The notes beneath the pieces were generated by a model. The model worked only from the letters and a program-made list of their open reading frames with translations. It made no database searches and was not told the origin of the DNA. A stretch of DNA of 62,990 nucleotides, filler included. It is 4 parts of 4 records of this genome, joined end to end, with 100 filler letters (N's around TTAATTAATTAA, not from the genome) between each part and the next. Parts side by side here need not be neighbours in the genome. Positions count along the whole stretch, not along the records: positions 42,504 to 62,990 come from DRR723986_4058; 3 more parts are not named here. One strand, 5' to 3'. The translations under genes and the position numbers were made by a program. Every line of letters begins with the position of its first letter. The first letter of the stretch is position 1. Below, piece by piece: positions 48,701 to 56,632 of the stretch.

Positions 48701-49661
48701 TCGGATCGGCAAACCCCTCGGCGACCGTCAGCGAATGGGGACGAACAGCGGTCAACAAATTGGCCACGTCTGCGGGAGTCGAATGCTTGTTGCCTCCCGC
48801 GTCAGCACCAGTGATCCACCAAAGAACCATACCTGCATCGGAACAATCAAACTTACCCGTTTGAAACTTGACGACGCCGTCTTGTTCGGCATAGGCAAGC
48901 TGCTCGCGGATCCACTGCACGTTCGCATTTGGATGTGACTTCGCCCAATCCCATGGATCGATCGCCGTCTTCAGACCAACGTTTTGGTCGCCAATCTGAT
49001 GTTCTGTGACTCCGAAATCCAGAATCTGCTGCCACGAATAAAAGTCGCCTGCGTTATCGTTTGCTGGATGATGCGAAACGACATGCACATGTTTACGCTT
49101 TGAAGGATCTGCAGCCTCGAGTGCAAACCCAATAATGTCGGGCTCACCAGCTTCGATGATCCACAGCGGCGATCTCATTGAGGAATCATTGATCGCGTCT
49201 CGCAAGTCATCAACGGCGGCTTGTTGTTCTGTCCTGCAATTGAATGCCTTCGGGAGATTCCTGTAAGGTCCAAATCGGTCGATTCCATCGTCGCAGACCT
49301 CTTGCATCACTTTCTGCCGACGCAGTTCATCTTTGGCCGAAATCCGGGCGACTGGCTTTAGATCGCAGGAGTGTGACAAGTGAACCAATCGATCGTTCAG
49401 ACCTGAAGCCTTCAACAGTCCAAAGATCACCGCCGTCGCGCCAATGTCATCCGGGTCTGGCGAGTTCCCATCGGCGACAATCGCAAGCCTGCCTTGCGGC
49501 GGTGCAACACGGTGCGTATTCAGATTCCCGTCATGCGTGGCTGCGGTGGAAGCGTGGTTCGCAATTGCCGTCGGCCTTGCCTGCTGCGCATAAACTACAG
49601 CCACTGGAAACAGGCAAGCGACAGTGGCAAGCAAGAAATGGTGGGTTTTCAAAATTTGCAT
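45798..49661 (-). CDS. GH78 alpha-L-rhamnosidase with N-terminal nucleoside-hydrolase-fold domain and inserted SUEL-lectin-like module
   Basis: GH78 motifs DFGQNLVG, PTDCPQRDERLGWTGD, TTMWERWN and SFNHYAYG; extra ~250-aa N-domain (ADGNSPDPDD); insert with GGDPAPGMQKSL; signal peptide from ATG 49661. Confidence 0.88.
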   Translation of the reverse strand: MQILKTHHFLLATVACLFPVAVVYAQQARPTAIANHASTAATHDGNLNTHRVAPPQGRLAIVADGNSPDPDDIGATAVIFGLLKASGLNDRLVHLSHSCDLKPVARISAKDELRRQKVMQEVCDDGIDRFGPYRNLPKAFNCRTEQQAAVDDLRDAINDSSMRSPLWIIEAGEPDIIGFALEAADPSKRKHVHVVSHHPANDNAGDFYSWQQILDFGVTEHQIGDQNVGLKTAIDPWDWAKSHPNANVQWIREQLAYAEQDGVVKFQTGKFDCSDAGMVLWWITGADAGGNKHSTPADVANLLTAVRPHSLTVAEGFADPIGFYNSSPVFSWKLPVETDLQSQTAYRIVVSDSADPTRLIWDSGKVDSVQSVWVAYGGPAFGSRQRLAWKVKFWDDQGNESDWSSDATIEMGLLNNSDWQADWIEVDREMPMPDKVVVVKAEYGNREAAKVADVKDRLNGAIRNGVTAIRVKPARLGGDPAPGMQKSLWVEYEVNGKKLTATVPNNGSFNPYPSLTAQPGYYLRRDFAVKSKIVKARLYASALGIYEFKINGQRVGDDVLSPGYTTYSKRVESLTYDVTHLIREGDNAIGAVLGEGWYAGNLLLRKRKDLLALTPKLLGQLELTYADGRTETIVTDRSWKGTDRGPIRAGGYYHGEDYDASMRLGNWTQSGYDDSAWKPVLASPVESSSEESKRLIVPKRLPAVRVTQRLPAIELTEPEPGKFVFDFGQNLVGVPDMTLPVKAGEQVMIRVAEMLKQDGTLYTENYRSARSQATYVAAEDGVFQYRPSLSFFGFRYVEISGLSAGDALTKASVTANVLHTDFPSTGKFVSSSDKLNQLQSNIRWGQIGNFIDIPTDCPQRDERLGWTGDAQAFLPTSCFNYDVHSFWARWLRSVRDEQNEKGEIPHTVPSTPFGYASPGWADVIVTAPWEVYERTGDIGVLRHNYVAMQKWVAVYENRSTDFIPDLTGWGDWLQPYFKDGNKKGDTAQDLIATAYFGRVARIMSWTATALGEDADAKRYKRMHADIRRAFTAKYFPDGEVHPGANTQTACLMGLGYDLIEDGERQRVTELLLEKFEEADRHLRTGFLGTPLLAPVFDSIGRGDICYELLFKESYPSWFYSIDQGATTMWERWNSYSHADGFGDASMNSFNHYAYGAIGQFMYERIAGLSPDPKNAGYKHFFVRPLIGAPLKSASAELETPYGTAKSGWRRTEAGIVIEAVVPPNTTATVVLPAGDFSQVELNGKPLGRSDLNTTSDSTTLELQPGSYKLLISETKTASNGSTSNEEN

Positions 49662-49665
49662 GGAT

Positions 49666-52600
49666 CTAAGGTTTCTTGTGCCGGAGTGGAACAACTTGCC
49701 CAACGTTCAGCTGGACATTGCTGCTGAGTCCTGCGAACTCAAGTGGCGAATCTTTGGGCGGTGCGCCGAAGGTCCATGTCAGACGATCGCTTGGCTTTCG
49801 TCCGGAGTCATAGGCCAGTCGGTTGTGCCAAGTGTTCGTGACGGCGATTGACACAGTGTTCTTACCGACCTTCACAAGGTCGGTGACATCGATCCGATAC
49901 GGAGCAGCCCAGAGCGTCCCAGCTTCGACGTCGTTGATCGTTATCGACGCGATATTGCCAACTCGACCAAGATCAAGTTGGAAGCGCTGGTTGGCGTCTT
50001 TCTCTTTCAGGCCAAACGTCGTTGTGTAAGTTGCCGTGCCAGAAAAATGCCTCACGGCCGGTTCAGCAAGCTCTGACCAGGGCCGCGAATCGTCAAGTTT
50101 CAACTGTCGCGGAGTGTCCCAGCCACTGGGTAATTCAAGAGTCCAGTCGTCGTCGAGAGAAATCGTTCGAGCGTCGTGAACTTTGAAGGATTCCGATGAT
50201 CCGTCAACTCTATCGATGCTGTATTCGCCGTTTTGGAAAGCGATCAGATGTTCGTCTGCTTCATCGAACTCGATCGTCGGAGCCTCGGGTGCAACCCAAG
50301 GTTGGGTGATTCCATATCGGTCGATACCAAAGGCAGGGAAGCCAGGCGTTTTGTCAACGTTGTTCGTGTCGATCGCGTCGAGCAGGATAGTCGAGCCGCG
50401 TGAAATGCGGTGGATAGCGTCAGGTGTTACTTCCCCGGATCGAAAAACCACAAACGTCGACCCGGCTGCTGGCAGACGAACAGGAATCGCGGTTCCCGTC
50501 TCCGTTTGCCGATACACCGTCACGGGCGTTCGACGACCATTCATCGGGTTCCAAAACTCAGGGGTACCCTGAGCACGAAATTCTAAGGTTGCGTCCACGG
50601 CTTCTGTTCGACTGCTCGCGACGAAGTAGATATCGCAATCATCAACGCGTCTGTGACACCATCGTTCGGAAAGTGTTCCGCCAACATCCGGTGCAATGCG
50701 CAGTTTCTCAAGAGCTACCTTGAGGGTGTCTCCCCACAGCAGTCGCCCTTTGCCGATTCGACGATCACCGTTCGGCGTGTGCGTTTGCCCCCAAAGCTCG
50801 GCAACAAGCTGTTCAAACTGCGCGTCTGATTCTTTCCCACCGCTCAGCGATGGGTTCATCGCCGGAGCCGGACCGATCACCGTTGCACCCGCTTGAAGCA
50901 AGTCCCTGATTTTCATCAGTGTCTGGGGCGTGAGTCTCCGACACTGCTCGGGAGCCAACCACAGCACTTTCCATCGCGTGCCTTCAGGAATGACCAGATC
51001 CCCATCATCGACCGTGAACCGTTCCAGCAGTGCGTCTTGATTGGCGTAATCGAAGTGGTAGCCGTCGGGGAACAGCGAGTCCTGTCGAGGCTTGTGGTCG
51101 ACGTCATCGCCCAGGTACCACAGCACATCGGCGACGGGTTGCCCTTGTTCCAACAGATGCTGGCAACGCACCAGATAGTCGACGAAGCGCGGCATGTGTT
51201 GCCACCACGTTTGACCTCGCAAAAATGGTGTTCCGATCGTATTGCCGAACGACGTTCCCGGCTTCCGATCCAACGGGTTGTGCGTGTAAGTGTGAAAGAC
51301 AAGATGCGTCACGCCCGCCGCGAAGGTGCGATCGGCGACGTTCTTCAACGAAAACGGATGTTCACGCCAATTCATCGGAGCGGAAGTGAACGTCTCGCAC
51401 GCGACACGAGGCTTGCCGTAGATGTGTGCCGCAGAAGTCGTCGGCGCGATCGGCTTGGTTTCCAGCCCACCGACGTGCGGATCGTTGGGCTTCCAAACCT
51501 CGCACATCGGAATGTCAGCCGATTTGAAGTACTGCAGAATGTCGCCTGGAGAAACGTCGCCCACTGCGGTCTCGAACGACAGCTCAAGGCCACGCTGCTT
51601 GCCAAGCTGAGCCATCCGTCCGTAATAATTCTCGACAATCAAGTCGCTGATCGTCGCACGCCAATCTCGCAGAAAACGCTCGCTGCTTACATGATCCTTC
51701 ACGACCCAGCCGGCCAGTGCCGGAAGCCAATTTCGCAGCGGATAACCACGGCGATTTTCGAACTCGGCCTCCATCGCCGGAGTCCAAGTTTGCGTATAGC
51801 ACTCCCAACTGTCGATCAGCATTCCTTGCAGTCGCCCTTTGTCGGCGGCCCCGCCAGGCTTGGACAGTCGACCGATGTAACCGGCAAAGTGCTGCTCGGC
51901 TCCGGCAGTCGATAGCTTATCGCACTCAAAGCCGGTCGCTTCGGGAGGTGCCGGTTTGTTGGTGACGCCCGTGTTGACGTGGCCGAACCGAACAATCGTC
52001 CAATCACCCTCGGGTGCATCCCACTGCAATCGCCCGCCCGAATCCATCACCCGCGACAGATCCAACACACTTTCCGGATCCACCCATGCAGCCACAGACT
52101 GCTCTAACTTCGGCGTCCGCTCAAGACTTCGCAGCGCGTAACCGGCTTGAGCCTGCCAATCGTGAACGCGAGCGGCGGTGGACAGGCGCAGATGAGCGAC
52201 TTCGATCGGTCGCCCCGCATGAAATGTCAATCGATAGCGGCTAGCCTTTGCATCGGGCACAGCCAGAACATAATGTCGCTCGGGCTGTCGGTCCTGCCAG
52301 TTGCCGCGCGGAACCTGGTGCTTGATCAACGTCTTCCGCCGGTCCTCTTCCATGATCGACACCGAAATCGAAGAGTCGGGGTCGAACATCATCCGCTTCA
52401 TCAGGAATTCTGTTGGCGGCAATTGAATCGACCGCAGTGTAACGAGCTCATCGAACTTAAAGTCCACCCAAGATGGCGAGGACTCAGCGGGGATTTGAAT
52501 CTTGACATCGTCGCCACGCAAAAGCCCTTCCCAATCGGCATCCGGCAAACTTGTCGTGATGCGGTCGGGAATCAGCGACGGTGCAGTTCCGGCAATCGCT

Positions 52601-53190
52601 CGGTCTCCGGCTGGTGTCGGAAAAGCGAGAACTGCGATGTCGCGATAGTCACGCCACTCCTCTTCACTTGGCTGCGGCAGGGGCAGATTGATCGTCAGCG
52701 GTTTGCCGCCGACCACATCGACGCGACTGAAAACAAGGTGCCGCATCGCTTTGTCAGGCGTGATCCATGGTCCGCCGGACATCGCCCAGCCTGGACAGTT
52801 CTGCATCGTGAATTTCAAGCCCAACCGCTGCGTTTCATTTGCAACTCGACTGATCAACGAGTCCCAGGTCTCGCTCAGCGTTTGGATTTGCGGCGTCACG
52901 CCTGGCCAAGGACGACCGCGACCATGAAACAATTGGATGCCGCTCAATCCGGCCGAAGAAACAGCTTCCAGATCTTTCGTCAGAGCCTCGCGGTTGACAT
53001 TCCCGCCGATCAAGTGAAACCACGTCTGTGGATGCGAATCCATAGGCGGCGACGCAAAGGCGTGTTCAAGCTGCGCAGCGGTGGATTCTGAGGTCCCGTC
53101 TTGGGCGTGGCTTGTCATCGCGAACAAACCTGACAAAGCAGCAACGACGACTATGGACCTGACTATATGTAACATCACTATACGCAACAT
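49666..53190 (-). CDS. GH106 alpha-L-rhamnosidase-like glycoside hydrolase
   Basis: PQTWFHLIGGNV..TKDLEA, GWAMSGGPWI, LIDSWE, CETFTS and VAVTNTWHNRL-type C-terminus; GGGAG before ATG 53190. Confidence 0.85.
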   Translation of the reverse strand: MLRIVMLHIVRSIVVVAALSGLFAMTSHAQDGTSESTAAQLEHAFASPPMDSHPQTWFHLIGGNVNREALTKDLEAVSSAGLSGIQLFHGRGRPWPGVTPQIQTLSETWDSLISRVANETQRLGLKFTMQNCPGWAMSGGPWITPDKAMRHLVFSRVDVVGGKPLTINLPLPQPSEEEWRDYRDIAVLAFPTPAGDRAIAGTAPSLIPDRITTSLPDADWEGLLRGDDVKIQIPAESSPSWVDFKFDELVTLRSIQLPPTEFLMKRMMFDPDSSISVSIMEEDRRKTLIKHQVPRGNWQDRQPERHYVLAVPDAKASRYRLTFHAGRPIEVAHLRLSTAARVHDWQAQAGYALRSLERTPKLEQSVAAWVDPESVLDLSRVMDSGGRLQWDAPEGDWTIVRFGHVNTGVTNKPAPPEATGFECDKLSTAGAEQHFAGYIGRLSKPGGAADKGRLQGMLIDSWECYTQTWTPAMEAEFENRRGYPLRNWLPALAGWVVKDHVSSERFLRDWRATISDLIVENYYGRMAQLGKQRGLELSFETAVGDVSPGDILQYFKSADIPMCEVWKPNDPHVGGLETKPIAPTTSAAHIYGKPRVACETFTSAPMNWREHPFSLKNVADRTFAAGVTHLVFHTYTHNPLDRKPGTSFGNTIGTPFLRGQTWWQHMPRFVDYLVRCQHLLEQGQPVADVLWYLGDDVDHKPRQDSLFPDGYHFDYANQDALLERFTVDDGDLVIPEGTRWKVLWLAPEQCRRLTPQTLMKIRDLLQAGATVIGPAPAMNPSLSGGKESDAQFEQLVAELWGQTHTPNGDRRIGKGRLLWGDTLKVALEKLRIAPDVGGTLSERWCHRRVDDCDIYFVASSRTEAVDATLEFRAQGTPEFWNPMNGRRTPVTVYRQTETGTAIPVRLPAAGSTFVVFRSGEVTPDAIHRISRGSTILLDAIDTNNVDKTPGFPAFGIDRYGITQPWVAPEAPTIEFDEADEHLIAFQNGEYSIDRVDGSSESFKVHDARTISLDDDWTLELPSGWDTPRQLKLDDSRPWSELAEPAVRHFSGTATYTTTFGLKEKDANQRFQLDLGRVGNIASITINDVEAGTLWAAPYRIDVTDLVKVGKNTVSIAVTNTWHNRLAYDSGRKPSDRLTWTFGAPPKDSPLEFAGLSSNVQLNVGQVVPLRHKKP

Positions 53191-53218
53191 CGATGCCACT
53201 CCCGTCCTGTTCACTAGC

Positions 53219-54541
53219 TCAGCGATTTGTTTTCTTCAGCCACGATTGCAGTTTTCCTGTCAGCTCGTTGACTTTCTGCGCGTTCTGCGGGGCAAGGTCG
53301 TCTCGGTCGTCAACATCCGTCTTCAGATCGAACAAGCTGGCTCCGTCTTTGCCGACCGTCAGTTTGTCCCAGCCGTCGATGATGACGCGAGCTTTCAAGC
53401 CGTGGTTGATGTCGTCGAGATGATCAAGATCCGAGTCATGCAGGTAGGCTTCGACGAAAACCTGATTGCGATCGATCAGGGCTGCCGTGTCGCGGAGATC
53501 CAGTCCCTCCATCTCCTTTGGTGGTTCGATACCGCAAGCGTGCAGGATCGTCGGCGCGATGTCGATGTTGCTGGCCAGTGTGGTTGCGTGACGTTTGGCG
53601 GGCACCGAGCCGGCGTGTGTGATGAAGATTGGAGTGCGAATGCCCGCCTCGACGGGTTCTTGTTTCGACCGGACGTATCGATTGCGGCGTTCCGGATCAG
53701 GAACCCATCCGTTGTCGCACGTGTAAACGAAGATGGTGTTCTCGTACAGGCCCTTTGACTTCAGGTGATCAACAAGTTGCCCGCAAGTTTCGTCGAACCA
53801 TTCGCAGTTGGCCCAGTACCAAGCGGTTGGTTCGTTCGGCGCAACGTCCTTGTACTTTTCAAAGAACCGCTTCGGAGCATTGTGCGGCGCGTGCGGCAAG
53901 AAGACTCCGTACCAAACGAAGAACGGCTGTTTGTTCTCGGTCGCTTCATCGACGAAGTCGTAGATCGGCTGCAGCGTTTTGCGACCAATGTCCAGTCCCT
54001 TATCGCCATGGCGTCCACCACGCGATTCATCGCCGTGAGACATCGCGTGGGTGAAGCCGTGTTCCTTTGGATCGCCCTCCCACCACTTGCCGGTCTGCAA
54101 AGTTGCATAGCCGTTGTTTTTCAGCGCGCGAATAAACGAAGGCTTCTCATGCAGCGGAGCCGTCATGCGTTTGCGCAGAGCAGCAAACTTCTGAACATCG
54201 GTCCTCCATTTCACGCCACCCGGCATCACCGGATCGTTGCCACGTATCCCGGTTTGATGCGGATACAGCCCCGTCGCAAGACTTGCAAGCGACGGCCGAC
54301 AAAGCGGCGCAGTCACGTAGCCTCTTTCATACAACAAACCCTGCTTCGCCAGCGCATCCAAATTCGGCGTTTCGACATGTTCATGCCCCATAAACCCATA
54401 GTCATTCCAAGCCTGATCATCACTCAGGATAAAAACAACATTCGGCCGCTCGGCAGCAAAAGCCTGCTCGAGCACAAACGCCCACGCCAACGCTGCACAC
54501 AGCGGAATGAGTTTATTGAGTAGCCGATCAACTGGTCTCAT
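53219..54541 (-). CDS. S1 sulfatase with variant CRPSL motif
   Basis: PNVVFILSDDQ, LCRPSLASLATG, GKWW and CDNG; signal peptide. Confidence 0.88.
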   Translation of the reverse strand: MRPVDRLLNKLIPLCAALAWAFVLEQAFAAERPNVVFILSDDQAWNDYGFMGHEHVETPNLDALAKQGLLYERGYVTAPLCRPSLASLATGLYPHQTGIRGNDPVMPGGVKWRTDVQKFAALRKRMTAPLHEKPSFIRALKNNGYATLQTGKWWEGDPKEHGFTHAMSHGDESRGGRHGDKGLDIGRKTLQPIYDFVDEATENKQPFFVWYGVFLPHAPHNAPKRFFEKYKDVAPNEPTAWYWANCEWFDETCGQLVDHLKSKGLYENTIFVYTCDNGWVPDPERRNRYVRSKQEPVEAGIRTPIFITHAGSVPAKRHATTLASNIDIAPTILHACGIEPPKEMEGLDLRDTAALIDRNQVFVEAYLHDSDLDHLDDINHGLKARVIIDGWDKLTVGKDGASLFDLKTDVDDRDDLAPQNAQKVNELTGKLQSWLKKTNR

Positions 54542-54577
54542 AAATTCGTCTCAGAGTGGAAAATGGTTCTGCCGGAT

Positions 54578-56515
54578 TCAGATCACCGATATTTCGCAGG
54601 TCACGGGCTCAGTTGCACTGTCAAGTTCCAACATCAATGGAACAGCTTCCATGCCGGGCACCATATTGAATGTGCGTTTTTCTGGGGCGTGCAACAGCTT
54701 CAACGCAGCACTGGCATGCACGACGACGGTGCCGCCCGGCTTGTCGATCTCGATGCGGTTCGGCGACACCTGCCGCATGATTTCTCCAGTGGGAGATACA
54801 ATTGGGACGACAAGGCGAACTGTCTCGGAGACGCTTGCTGGCTTCGTCGCCTGTATGGTCGCGGAGTCGCTTTTGAAGACGTATTGCAGTTTGAAGGCGG
54901 CTGTGTCTCCATTGGGTGCTTCACGCTGTTCGTTTTGGAGGCATGCACTGACGTCGAAGCGGCATTCGTCTTTGCTGTTCTCAAAGCGGACGTTCGCCTT
55001 CAAGTCGTACAGGTTTGTAAACCAGCCGTTGTCTGTGTTCACCTCGACTCGAGTCGTCAGCGGAAAGTCGTCGCTCGGTTGCGGCTGCATGTTCAGTGGC
55101 TCGACCATCTCGTATCGAGCCATGCTAGACGCCAACAACGTCCCCACTTTTTCATGATGCAGAACCGACAGCGAGCCTCCGGTGGGTTGTTGGAGGAGGC
55201 CCGACTTCTTCGTTTTGTAGATTGAATCGTAAGCCGAAACGGTCGCTCGCCAGGGGCCCTTTGCAGCCAGCCAGACATCAAGCTCCGCAACGTGCTTGAC
55301 ACCCTTGGCGGATTCACGCGGCAACGGAGTCGAGTCATTGATCTCGGGCAAATCATGTTGCCGATCCTGGACCAACGCCATCACCTTGGCATGAGTGAAC
55401 GTGTGGTGAATGCAGGGTTTGACTCCGTGCGAAACGTAGTGCGGACCGCCGTGGATGAGTCCATCGGCGGTGCAACGAGCGAGCAATTCGGTGTTGCGAA
55501 TCGCGGCTGTGCCAAACGCCGGATTGTGATCGGCGAGCAGGCTGTAAGCTGGCTGGCAGCCGTCTGACGTCCGGCTTCCCCAATAGCTCCACTTCTGCGA
55601 CCGAGTTCCCCAGCTATTGTCCCACGCTCCATCCGGCAGCATGAATTCGAGGTGCCCGCTGAGTGCGTCAACAACAAGATTGAGCATCTGAGCGTCGCCA
55701 ACTTCCTCCGCGTACAGAGCAACACCATTCAGTGATTCTTCGACGTTGTACCCAAGATCGACCGGCAGCAAACCTCGACCACTGCGGAGATCGTTCGGTT
55801 TGCCTTCGCCCCACAGCAATCGATTGGGCGACGTGAAGAATTCTTTGACGCGCGTGGCAAATTGCTCACTACGCTGCGTGTACTTATCGTTGTTCAGCAT
55901 TTTGCCAAACAGGTGGAAGCCGTAGACGGCAGTCATCCCGTAGTTCAGATTCGTGAAGTCGATCACGCGAAAATCGCGCCACAGGTATCCGCCAACCGCT
56001 CTTTCCAGGCGTTCCATCCAAGAGGTTCTGCGTTCCGTGCCGAGAAGTTCACCGTGGTAGTGCAAAGCTTCAGCCAGCGCAATTGCTCCGAAGATGGTCG
56101 TGCCTCGCCACGACTTCGGATTCACGTCGTTGGTCCAACTGCCGTCGTCGCGGCTAACGTTGTTTTCTGCCCAGTCGTAGACTCGAATCGCGGCATCCAA
56201 GTACTTCTGCTCGCCGGTCGCGTGGGCCATATGAAGAAAAGGATAAAGCGCATCGCTGCACCGACCATGTATTCGGGGACATGCAGGACAGCTCAGGCCG
56301 CCGTGTCGCAATGGATCACTGGGCTCGTCGATCTGATGGGCGATCATCCCATCGCACCAATCCGCCAGTAGAAGCCTGGTTAGTTTTAGAAAGTCAACTG
56401 TCGGCGCGGCGTCATCAGGACCAGCCGCCCATGCAGATTGGCTCGGTGCAATCGTGCCGCCCACAGCAATCGCGCTGCCCGCTGCAACCGATGAAAGGAA
56501 ATCACGTCTCTTCAT
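54578..56515 (-). CDS. Tat-exported carbohydrate-active-like protein (possibly PL37 / ulvan oligosaccharide dehydratase-like)
   Basis: MKRRDFL twin-arginine signal; CPACPRIHGRCSD, GYNVEES, WDNSWGTR..KWSYWGSRTSDG and CIHHTFTHAK; helical N-half, beta-rich C-half. Family assignment is from memory. Confidence 0.55.
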   Translation of the reverse strand: MKRRDFLSSVAAGSAIAVGGTIAPSQSAWAAGPDDAAPTVDFLKLTRLLLADWCDGMIAHQIDEPSDPLRHGGLSCPACPRIHGRCSDALYPFLHMAHATGEQKYLDAAIRVYDWAENNVSRDDGSWTNDVNPKSWRGTTIFGAIALAEALHYHGELLGTERRTSWMERLERAVGGYLWRDFRVIDFTNLNYGMTAVYGFHLFGKMLNNDKYTQRSEQFATRVKEFFTSPNRLLWGEGKPNDLRSGRGLLPVDLGYNVEESLNGVALYAEEVGDAQMLNLVVDALSGHLEFMLPDGAWDNSWGTRSQKWSYWGSRTSDGCQPAYSLLADHNPAFGTAAIRNTELLARCTADGLIHGGPHYVSHGVKPCIHHTFTHAKVMALVQDRQHDLPEINDSTPLPRESAKGVKHVAELDVWLAAKGPWRATVSAYDSIYKTKKSGLLQQPTGGSLSVLHHEKVGTLLASSMARYEMVEPLNMQPQPSDDFPLTTRVEVNTDNGWFTNLYDLKANVRFENSKDECRFDVSACLQNEQREAPNGDTAAFKLQYVFKSDSATIQATKPASVSETVRLVVPIVSPTGEIMRQVSPNRIEIDKPGGTVVVHASAALKLLHAPEKRTFNMVPGMEAVPLMLELDSATEPVTCEISVI

Positions 56516-56632
56516 TCTTCCGTCCTAAGCGACTCAATCGAACATTCATCACGGCCAAGGTAAACGTCGCGAAGGTTCAGATGGCCGCTGCAAGTGGTTG
56601 CGATCCGACCGACGCTGGACGGCCATGAGCGA

